Below, piece after piece: positions 49,001 through 61,000 of a DNA stretch of 64,000 nucleotides; the stretch's first letter is position 1; each line of letters opens with the position of its first letter. A model generated the notes under the pieces. That model had not been told where the DNA came from. It saw only the letters and a list, made by a program, of their open reading frames with translations, and searched no databases. Source of the stretch: Mobula hypostoma (taxonomy: Eukaryota); NCBI RefSeq assembly GCF_963921235.1, contig NC_086121.1, forward strand, positions 10,850,001-10,914,000, read 5' to 3'. The position numbers and the translations under genes are program-made.

Positions 49001-52000
49001 TCAACCCATCAGGGTTTTCTGAAATTCCTTCCCAGAAATTAATTTACAAAGAATTATTGACGCCACTTACTGCTGTTGTACTAAACACTGTCGTGACTGC
49101 ATCATAGTGAAAACCTGAGCTCAACTTCAAACCTGACATGCCATTTTCTGCCATCAGAGTCTTGCTGTAGGACAAATTATGTTGAGCTTAAATCTCAGTG
49201 AAAATATCTTGGGGTAGAAGTTGCTTCACTTTCTTTCCAGGATTTTAAAACAGCATCTCTTGTCACCCTTTTTTTTGTAAAAGTTGACATGTTTTGATCT
49301 GTCATATTTTAGCCCAGCTGAGTTGAGCCATGAAACCAGTTCTCAAAAGGGCATATTGCCTAATATAAGCAGCATTGATCAGGCTGCAGGTGAGCCCTCA
49401 CCTAAAGAATGAGTACACAAAGAATATGGAGTTGGGAGAGTGCTCCCAAGAGTCAATAGGAGCTGGACAAGGTGGTGAAAGACAGAACTAGCAGGAGGCA
49501 TGATCTTTGTACAAGGGAGCCACTGCACCTTTTCTGGACTACAGACATTTTCTTGGCAGTGCGAGTTGCCAGGAAGATCTCTGCAAGGACATGAATGCCT
49601 GTACTTGAGAAATCTTCAACCCATGCCTGTTCCTCCGACAGGATGAAGGAAAATTGGCTGAAGTTTCTCTCCTTTAGTTTGGCTTTGTGTGACCTGGGTA
49701 ATAATTCAATGAACAGCACAATCTGAGATGGGGCAGCGGTCAATGATGGCAAAGTGGAGTGACTTTGTGAGTGTACAAAGCAAAGAATGATCTCCAAAAG
49801 TAGTGAATGCAATATATAGAGACAGTAGTTGAGGTTGCAGCAGTTCATAGACATTACTGAGGATAGTGCAATTTCAGCCCATTAAATGGATAATTTCAGA
49901 GGAAATGATTAGTAAAACTTGGTTGTTCTGAGGAAATTACTCATTTTACACACGAATGAATTTCAACATCTCCAGTGGAATTGCAACTGCTGTCATTTCA
50001 AATAGCTAACACTAGGAAAACAGTGGTACTAGGGAATCAACATTCCAGTCTAAAGATTAAGAGTTAAACTTCCATATAGGAAAGAACATTTCTCCTTTCC
50101 CAGGTGCCAAAAACTCCATTGTCCATCAATGAAACAGGTATTACTCTTGCATGAAGTTATCTTGATATATTGACCAGTCACTGCTGGCAGAAAGGCATGG
50201 CCTTGACATACATTTAGAGTATGCCAATCTGTTCAAATCCCATTTACATGCATTAATTTCATATCCATACATACTTGTTCATTCAAGTATGTTCAGATTT
50301 CTCTTAAACGTTGTTACTGGTCCTGCCCCCACAACCACCTCCCTCATGCAAGTATACACATGCCCTTTAGTTTAAGATACTCTTACCAGAGAAAGGAGAC
50401 ACTGGCTATCTGCCCTATCAACTATCACTGATATGTATCATGCAATTTGTTGCTTTGCAGCAGAAGAACAGTGCATTGCATTAAAATAAATCCTGTGTGT
50501 TGCAATAAGGAATAAAAACAAAGTACTACAAAAAGAGAGCAAAAAAGTAAGGTAGAGTTCATGAGTTCATAGACCACTCAGAAACTGGAAGTGAAGAAGC
50601 TGCTTCTAAAACATTGTGTGAAGGTCTTCAGACTCCTGTACTTCTTCCTGGTGGTAGTAATGAGAAGAGGGTATGTCCTGAGTGATGGGGGTTCTGAATG
50701 ATGGGTGCTGCCTTTTTGAGGCATTGCCTTTTGAAGATGTGTTTGATGGTGGGAAGGCTAGTACCCATGATGGAATTGGCTGAGTTTACAATTCTCTGCA
50801 GCTTTTTTAAAATCTGTGCATTAGTGCCTCCATATATCTCTATCATTCGGCTCTCAGCCTTCTTCGCTCTAAAGAAAACGGACCTAGCCTATCCAGTCTT
50901 AGCTGATAAGCCTTCCCATCAAGGCCACGTCCTTGTGAATCTTTCCTGCACCATCTCCAACAATTACATTCTTCCTAGTGTCTGATAACTAGAACTGCAT
51001 ATAGAACTTCAAGTGCAGTCTCTCTAACATTTTGTACAACTGTAACACAGCATCTCAACTCTTTCACTTGAATTCTCAGCAGATGAAGGCAAGTATTCTG
51101 TAAGCTTTCCTCAGCACCCTGTTTATCTGTGTTCTTGTTTTCAAGATACTGTGTACTTGTCCTCCTCCCAGGTTTTTCTCTTCAACAGGACTCCTCAAGG
51201 CCCTACCATTCACTGTGTAAGCCTTGTTTCAACTTCACAAAGTCCACCACTTTGCAGTTGTCCAAGTTAAATTTCATCTGCTATTCATTTCCCATCTTCC
51301 CAGTTGTAAACTTAGACGATCCTTCTTCGGTGTTCGGTACCTGTCCCAATTTTGATATCGACTGCAAACTTACCAGTGGTACCGCCTGTATTTTCATTCA
51401 GATCATTAATATGCATGATACACAATAGAGTACCCAGCAACAATCACTTTCATGCCCCACTGGTCACAGGCCTCTAATCTGAAAAACAGTATTCCCCAGT
51501 CAGTTTTATATCCATTTAGCTTCTTCACCCGAATCCTGTATGTCCTGGCCTTCTGAACCAGCTTACCATACAGGACCTTATCAAAAGGCTTTACTAAAGT
51601 CTCTGTAGGCAACATCTACCACTCTGCTCTTATCAATCCTCCTTGTTGCCTCTTCAAAATATGTAATCTGATTCATGAGACATTCAACCCACATTTTTAT
51701 AGAGAAACATAAACCTGATTCTGAAGCACCTTTCAATGGACTGCTCTTTTTGAAACTTAATTCCTATTTCGCATGATCCATGTCCCTCCATTCTTTGCAT
51801 ATTCATGTGCCTATCTAAGAACCTTTTAAACACCTCTATGTTCTTGCCTCCACCAGTACCCCTGGTAGTACATTCCAGACACTCACCACTTCCTGTGCTA
51901 AAAACGTACCCTGTACATCTCCTTTGAACTTTATCCCTTTTGCCCTCTAATATTTGATATTTTGACCCTGGGGAAAGGATATTGGATATTGTCCACTCAA

Positions 52001-55000
52001 TCCTTGCCTTTCATAATTGTATAAACTTAGATTTCCCATCAACCTCCACCACTCCAGAGTCAACATCTCAAACTTGTCGCACCTGTCCTTATAGCAGCTT
52101 CCCTCTAATCCATGCAGCACCGGGTAAACAACTTCTTCACCCTTTCCAAATTCCTCACATTCTTCCTATAATGGGACGACCTGTATGGAATGCAATTCTC
52201 CGGATGCAGTCTAACCATAGTATTATGGGTAACCTATGGTAGATGGAACATTAAGTTCTTAATCCACTTTGATTAATAATGAAAGAATGGTGTGTTTGCT
52301 GAGCTCTCGTGGGACTCTACCTGGATGTTGTGCACACTTCTGGTGTCTTGGCCTAAAGATGGACATATTTTTGATAGAGGAGGACAACAAGAATTCCTGA
52401 GATAAGAAATTGTCTTATAAGGAAATATTAACAGGGTCATATTATTGTAGACTCTACAACCCTACCTTTTTTATGCCATGGACCCCTACTATTAACTAAT
52501 TCATCATGGACACCTGTTTGGGAAACCCTTTTCTGGAGTTTAGAAGAAGCATGAGAGATGATGACATTCTTAGTTAAAAATTCTTCGTGGGATTAACAGG
52601 AATAACATTTTCCCTTGCTGGGATTATCTGGAACATGGAGCCACAGTCTCAGAGTGAGAGCACAGCTACTTTGCGAGGCTCACCAGCTGTGCGTGTTTAA
52701 GACCAAGTGTGATATATGTTCAGATTTTGAGGGATATGAGCTTATTACAAGAGAGAGGTGCTGAGCTACAAGATCTTTTTGGATGGTGGCACAGACACAA
52801 GGGGTTTAGCAGCCAAATCCTGATGTAGTCTTCTGTCTAACTTCAAACAGAAAGTAGTATATTTTAATTCATCGTGGACCTCATAAATGTTTTTGTATTT
52901 ACAGAGCCTGGACTACAAACTAAAGAAAACTGTACTGCCTTTCACAATACGATATGTGAGCCCAGGGAAGGGTATTATTGCATTGCTGATTGTCAGATGG
53001 TCAGAAAGCACACAGCATGCCCACCTGGTGAAGGAGTTAAAGAGAAAGGTAGGTCGATGGAGTGTCGTTACTAAGTGCTGTGCCCTGGGCAGGACAGGGG
53101 AAATTGAAATCTCTGGCACCATCTGGAGTTTGTTCTGAGGATGGCTGCCTGAGGCCCCCTACTGGCAATGGCAGCTTGCTGTTAGTTCTTTGAGTGTAAC
53201 TGAAATGGCTTTGGATTTGTATTTTAAGAAGCTAATTCATCCCACTTCCCATTTTTACCCTCTTTTGGGCAGTCTTGATTTTCAGTCACTATTGTCCATT
53301 TTATTGCTGGACTGCCTGCACTCCTGACCACAGAAGGTCGGAGGAATTTAAGGTGTGGGGTTATATAGGAGGCAGGGTTTAAGGGTCAGCACAACATTGT
53401 GGGCGGAAGGGCCTGTACTGTGCTGTACTATTCTATGTTCTATGTTCCCCTTGATCTGCGCCAATTCTATGTTGAATAGCTCAGAATAAGACAATAAGAC
53501 ATAAGAGCAGAATTAGGCCATTTGGTCCATCAAGTCTAAAAAGCACTGACACGGCAAGAATTGTGTTTGTACTTGTAATTAATGTACTAAGACCATAAGG
53601 CAATAAGACATAGGAGCAGAATTAGGCCATTTGGACCATCGGGTCTGCTGCACCATTCCTTCATGGTTGATTTATTCTCCCTTTCAACCCTGTCCCCTTG
53701 TAACCTTTGATGCCCATACTGATCAAAAACTTCTCAAACCCCTCTTTAAATATACCCAATAACTTGGCCTCTACAGCCATCTGTGGCAAGAAATTACACA
53801 GATTCACTACCCTCTGGTTAAAGAAGTTCTTCCTCATCTCTGATATCATTATTACTTTGTTATTGCCTTATCTGCTCTCTTCTGTCACTGTTATTCCAAA
53901 GTCTGAGCAAATTCTTCAGCTGATACAGAGGCCCACACACTATTCCTCCATTAGGAAAGGAAAACACGATAGCCTGTTCCATTCCTGTGCTGCTCGGAGC
54001 TGGGAGTGTTATTTGTACAGGGGTGTGACCAAGAAACATGGGTATATTTCTAGACCCTAGTAACTGACTGAAGGTCTTTGTGGATGTTAAAACAGGTTCA
54101 AAAAGTATTTCTCCTAAACACAGAACTACTCAGTGAGGTGGATTCTTTGATATTTTCAACATACTACAGGTGACAACTTCATCACTGTTGAAAGTGGAAG
54201 TGCAGAAAGTGAACATTTATTTGATTCATTGTTAAATATTGCTCATATGTGAAGAAAATTAGCTATTTGAAGAGGAGTGTGGAAAGTAACAAGGTCTCTC
54301 TGACAGTGGTATTACAGACTCTATAAGTTACCCACAATGACATTGATTCTGTGTTTCAGGAACACCTTTCAAAGATACAGTGTGTGAGAAATGTCCTCAC
54401 GGAACATTTTCAAGCAAAGTTTCAACAACTGAAGAGTGTAAGAGCTGGACAGTGTAAGTACTTTAAACTCCATGGTATCCATGTTCAGAAAGTACCACCT
54501 CTTGTTGGTTTTTTGCAATACTTATTTTCTTATTGTCCTAACCCATCAGGGAAGAGGCCACACAGTGACCATGCCAGGATCACTAGACTCAAAACCAGTT
54601 ACTTCCCCCAAGCTGTCAGGCTGATCAACACCTCCCCACATTAACCCAACACACCACTCCCCACACCACTACATACACATCACCCAGCAGCACTTTATGT
54701 GCATATAATCAGTCTGTGAATATAACAGTTACTTGTACATTGTGTTTTACAGGATTACTTTTATATTTATTGTGGGTTTTTTGTTTTTTCTTTATTGTAT
54801 TCTTTAAGAACATAAGACATAGGAGCAGAATTAGACCATTGAACCCATCGAGTATGCTTTCCCGTTCCATCATGGATGATTTATTATCCTCCCTTTCCAC
54901 AACCCCATTCTCCTGCCTTCTCCCCAGAACCTACTACATGACCATAAGATTTAGGAGTAGAATTTATGTGTATTCTGTTTTGTTTTATGTTCCATCGAAT

Positions 55001-58000
55001 CCGAGTATCAATCATTTTGTTCTCCTTTATACTTGTGCACTGAAAATGACAATAAACAACCTTTATTTATTGAAATACAGCATGGAGTAGGCCCTTCTGG
55101 CCTTTTGACTCATGCTGCTCAACATCTCCCAATTTAATCCCAGCCTAATCACGGGACAATTTACAATGACCAATGAACCTACCAACCAGTACGTCTTTGG
55201 ACTTTGGGAGGAAATCCATGCAGACGTGAGCAGAATATACAAAATTACTAACTGGCAGCTCAGGAACTGAACCCGGATCGCTCCAAGTCTTTCACAATTT
55301 GCCATTCAGAAACAATTAATCATTTACACTAATGTTCTGTTAACAAGTTAGAATATTGTTGAAATCCTGTTGGTTGAAAACATTGTTCTATGTTTCTCTG
55401 TGGTCTGTTTCACTTCTTTCATTAGAGAGAACTAAACAAACTGCCTGGCCCTTTGATGTAGATCTCCTTCCTTTTGCCTAGCCTTGGATGGGAGATCTTT
55501 CAGTGAATTGACTCATTGGTTGGATCTACCTTTCAGTATCCCAAATATCAGTCACTTAAGGAATAACTGGGAGTTTTGCATTTAGGCAGCAACTCCCAGA
55601 TGAAAAACAGATCAATTTGATAGTCTAATTTAATTTAGAAAGTCTGCAAAAGACGAGAGTACTTTTCTTCATCCTTAAGTAACCACACTACAGAAACAAT
55701 GCTGATCTGTCTTTGTTCTAATTGCATTCTTTCCAGTAAAACCTGTGTGTAATGTGTTTAATTGATGTTTTTTTATTGTGAATGTGGTGTCTCTGATGCT
55801 CCGTGCCTGTGATGCTGTTGCAAGTAAGTTTTACGTTGTACTTGTCATGGACACTCAGCAGTGACTTTATTCCAGTACCTCTTGTGCCTAATGAGGATGC
55901 CACTGAGTATCGTCGTGTTCTTCTGCGGCTCTGTCTACTTCAAAGTTGGGTGTGTTGTGTAATCAGCGATGCTGCCCTGCACATCACTGTTGTAAAACAT
56001 GGTTAATTGAGTTACTGTCACCTTTCTGTCAGCTTGAACCAGTCTGGCCTTTCTCTTCTGATCTCTCTCACAAGATGCTTTTTGCCCACAGAACTGCCAC
56101 TCTGTGGATTTTTTTTTCTTTTTCACACTATTCTCTGTAAACTCTGGAGACCTATTTGCATAAAAATCCCAAGAGATTGATAGTTTCTGAGATGCTCAAA
56201 TCACCCTGCCTGATACCAACAATCACTCCACTGTGAAAGTCACTTGGGTGACATTTCTTCATCATTCTTCCCCATTCTGATGTTTTGTCTGAACAGCAAC
56301 TAAATCTCTTGACCATGTCTGCATGCTTTTAGGCATTCAGTTGCTGCCACATGATTGGCTGATTAGATATTTGCATTAATGAGCAGGTGCACAGGTGTAG
56401 TTCAAAGTTCAAAGTAAAATTTATTATCAGAGTACATATATGTCACCACATACAACCCTGAGAATCTTTTTCAGTGGGCATACTTAGCAAATCTGCAGAC
56501 TGTAACTGTAACTAACTGTAAACAAACTGGGCAGATGTAGATACAAATAAATACCAGTAAATAATGAGCATGAAATAACAAGATAAAAGAGTCCTTAACT
56601 GAGTGTAGCTATCCTCTTTTGACCAAGAGCCTGATGGTTGAAGGGTAGTAACTGTTCTTGAATGTGGTGGTGTGAGCTTTGAGGCTCTTGTACCTTCTAC
56701 CTGATGGCAGCAGCGAGAAAAGAACATGGCCTGGGTGGTGAGGATCTTTGATGGATGCTGCTTTTCTATGATGATGATTCATGTGGGTGAGCAGAATGGT
56801 TGGGAGGGTTTTACTGGTGATGTACTGGGCTGAATCCACTACCTTTAGTAGGATTTTCCACTCAACGGCATTGGTGTTCCCATACCAGGCCGAAATTCAG
56901 CCAGTCAGCACCTTCCACCACACATCTATAGAAGTTTACCAAGGTTTTTGATGAAAGGCTGAAACTCTGCAGACTCCTGAGGAAGAAGAGGCTCTGTCAT
57001 GCTTTCTTCGCAATTATATTTATATGATGGTGTACCTAGTAAAGTAGCTATTGAGTGTATCTATGTTTCAATTAAGGGGATGAATTAACACTTTGGGTAT
57101 TTCTAAGAAAAACTAAAAATGAAAACATATGTAAATCATACATTCTCTGTATAATTCAAGTGGAATCATAGTTTAAGCATAACTTTGTAAACTGAATTAT
57201 AACTAAGACTTACAAAAAAAATCCTTAAATATATTTATAGAAACATATTCTACAGCGAGAAAAAATGTGTTGAATTGTTGAGCAACACACAAAAGGCTGG
57301 AGGCATGGACATTGCAGTCAGGCAACATCTATGGAGGGGAATAAACAGTCGATCTTTCCAGGACGATGCCCTTCATCTGGACTGGAATGGAAGGGGGCAG
57401 AAGTGAGAATAAAAGGGTGGGAGGAGGGAGTATGATGTAAGAAGCTGGGGTGGGGTTGATAGGTGGAAGAAGTAAAGGGCTGAAGAAGGAATCTTAATAG
57501 GAGAGGACAGTGGACCATGGAAAGAAGGGAAAGTGTAGGGAACCACCTTCCCTCTCACCTGATCTCGGCTATCACTTGCCAACTCGTACTCCTTCCCTCC
57601 CCCTCCTTCTTCTTTTGGCTTCTGCCCTCTTCATTTGCAGTCTTGATGAAGGGTCTTGGCCTTAAATGTCAACTGTTTATTCCCTTCCACATATGCTGCC
57701 TGACCCACTGAGTTCCTGCAGCATTTTTTGTGTGTTGCTCAAGATTTCCAGCACCTGCAGTATCTCGTGTGTGTTGAATTGTTGTACACAGAGCCTTCTC
57801 CATTTTCAGTCAAACCATGGGAAGAAGGGAATTAAAACACAGGCTGTCTCTCAGCATTGAGAATGTCTTGTTATCAAACTTTAGCTACCTCACTCCTCCT
57901 GTCTGTTTACATTCAGACTGGTCGTTTTTAACTGCCGTCCCTCTCTTCCCTTTCCATTTATTTATATATTCAGGTCTTTTGGTCATTTCCCAACAGACCA

Positions 58001-61000
58001 GACTGTATCACATTACCTAAACTTTACAACATTTCAACACATTTCACAGGCAAAGGAACTCAACTGCCCCTTAATGTCTACATTACTTTATCACATCAGG
58101 TTTTCTGTGTTACCTGGGAATTTTTTAGTTTTTGATTGTCATTCAGAAGTCAACACTTGCACAGTGGATGCACCTTCTGTCAGTCAGAAGGTCGTGGGTT
58201 CAAGTCCAATTTCCAAGATTTGTGCCCCGAATCTAAGCTGACGTTCCAGCACAGTGTCTCGGGAGAGATGTTAAACCAAGACCTTGTCTGCCCGCTCTGA
58301 TGGAAGTGAAGGATCTTGCAGGTCTTTGACAGTTGACCTCTTCCTGATCAACTGGGGTTGCAATGGGATTTCAATAACAGATGAAGTGTAACAGATTTAT
58401 TATAATTAAACTTAGAGCAACTATCGCGGGTGCTTGTATAGATTTATATTTTCTCTGTGTCTTCCCCAGATGTGAAACCCTCAAACTTAAACAGGTTGAA
58501 GCAGGGAACGCTGAAGCTGACGTGAAGTGTGAAGAAGAGTCCAACCTGAAAGTTGTGGTTGCTGTTGTTGTGGCGATTGCTGTGGTTGTAATTCTGTCTG
58601 GTATCGCGGCAGGTGTTTTGTTGAAGAGACACCAATGTACACCAGGTATGTGATTGAGTTACTCTGTGCATAGAACATAGAATATTACAACACAGTACAG
58701 GCCCTTTGGCCCATGATGTTATGTCGACCTTTTAACTTTCTCTAAAATCAATCCAGCCCTTTCCTCCTACTTGGCTCTCATTTTTTCAGATTCAGATTTA
58801 TTTATTTACCACATGTACGTTGAAACTTACTGTGAAATGCATCATTTGCTTTAACAATGGCAGCCTGCAAGTGTCACCACACATTCCGAAGCCAGTACAA
58901 CTTGCCCACAGTGTTCACCACAACAACAACGTAACATAATGCAGAACAGCACAAGCAGCAACAACAACAGAACAAAACAAGACAACAACAGCCAAACAAG
59001 CCACCGTCCCAACCTCCCACCCCATAACACACAGAGGCTCCAACCCCCGGACAAGCCACATCCTGGCCTCCAGGTCTTGGCTCCAGACCCTCAAACTCAC
59101 AGATATTGGACTTCCAAACTCCAATCTCTGGCTCCGACTCCCAGACTTCCAGGCATCAGGCACCAGGTCTCCAACCTCTAATCTCTGGCCAGGACTCACT
59201 GTCTACCTCCCAACTTGTTGAGCTCTGGACATCAATCTTCAGCTTCGGCCTCTGGACCATCGATCTCTGGGTGTCAGCCGCAAGACTTGCCAATCACCCA
59301 CTTGACCTTCGGACCCAAACAAAACCATTTTCCAGGATCGTTAACTTTCAGCCGCAGAGCGTTTTGGGCCTCGGCTTCTAGCTTCACATGGATCTCCGGG
59401 GTGGTGGGCAGAGGTGTGTGGTGTAGCCAGCCCCCATGACTCCCCACCCATGCTGACCTCTGGCTTGGAATTTAGTGACCTGGGGATCGCTGGTCTCCTC
59501 GGCACCTGTTGAACTGATCTGACCCAATCTCCATATCACTGGCCTTTGACCACGCAGCGATCCAACCTAAACGTGGAAAACCAACTCGTGCCGCTGACCC
59601 TTCATTCTCCCGCACACCTGTCCCTAAATCCTAACTGAACCTCTGAAGCTCCACGCTATCCCCAAGCTATACATACAAACCTAAAAAGAAACTACAATGT
59701 GAACCGTGACATCGCTAGACATCGCACCTCACGGCAACTTGACACAAAAGCTAGCTCCTACCCCTGACACTTCATTTACTGTGCCTGATGTCCAACCCTG
59801 TCCCTGTCCTTGAACCCTAACCTGATCCCCAACTCCCCACACTATCCCGAGCTCCACTGCTACAGACCTATATATTGACACACATCACAGCCCAGCACCA
59901 TCCTGAACGTAAGATGTCAGCTCATCCTCTGCTGAAATCCTCAGTCACCTCTTTGCTACTTTTACACCGCTGCCCTACTTGCTGATTAACATTAGCTCCT
60001 GCTATAAGTTCACTTCAACTTTTAAATTTTAACACTTTCTTTCAAGTCCTTCCTTGGCCTTGCTCAAACCCTATTCCTTCCCATCAACCTTATGCAATCT
60101 TGCAATCTCAAAATTCCTGATCTCCCAATCATCCCTGAATTTACCATCCACCAGTCCTCTAATGTGTGGAATTTCTTCCTGGAATCTATCTATCTTTGAT
60201 GTTCTCCAACAGATTTACCTCTGTGATCCTGCTGATACATCTGACTTATTGTTACAAATATCAGTGTGTCAATTTTTCATTGATTCTATTGTATTTCTTT
60301 GTTCCACTAAATGCCTGCAAGAAAATGAATGGTGACATAGATGTACTATGATAATAAATTTACTTTGAACTTATTGTCTAATATGCCAGTATTTTTGTCA
60401 ATAATCCAATTAAATTCTTCAGAATACCATTCCCAGTAAATTCCTGCTCTAATTCATTAGCCTTTAATTCTGATGCATGTGGAGAAAGTGGCTCCAAGCT
60501 TAAAAGGAGTGGGATAAGATGGAAATGTTGTGCACAAGCCCCACACCAGGTAGAACATGGAGAGAGTCCATGAAGATGAACATCCACCAATCTTAACAGC
60601 TCTGGCCATTTAGGCTGGTTGGACTCTGCAGCTGTGGTTATGCCAACAGACTTCCGACATTTCAGACTTTGTGGAAACCTCTCGACCATTTTGTATATCA
60701 CAGTATTAACATGATCAGAACGTAGCTGTCCATTTTAAAATGGGTCCCATCGGGCGGCGGTGGAATCTTTCATCAAACTGAAATGAGACAAAGGTAACCG
60801 TTGTGACGGCAACACTCCAGCTTCAGGCTGGTGATGTCACTTTGGTAAAACAACCTCCCACACACCATTCTTGTAGATCGATGCTAGAATGTAATTTGCT
60901 TTTTAAACTCCCATTAATTTCAAGTAAAAATATGGTAGAGCAAAGTAGAAATATGGTAAATTAATTTCACAGTACTTTTTGTATAAACCTATTTGTGTTT

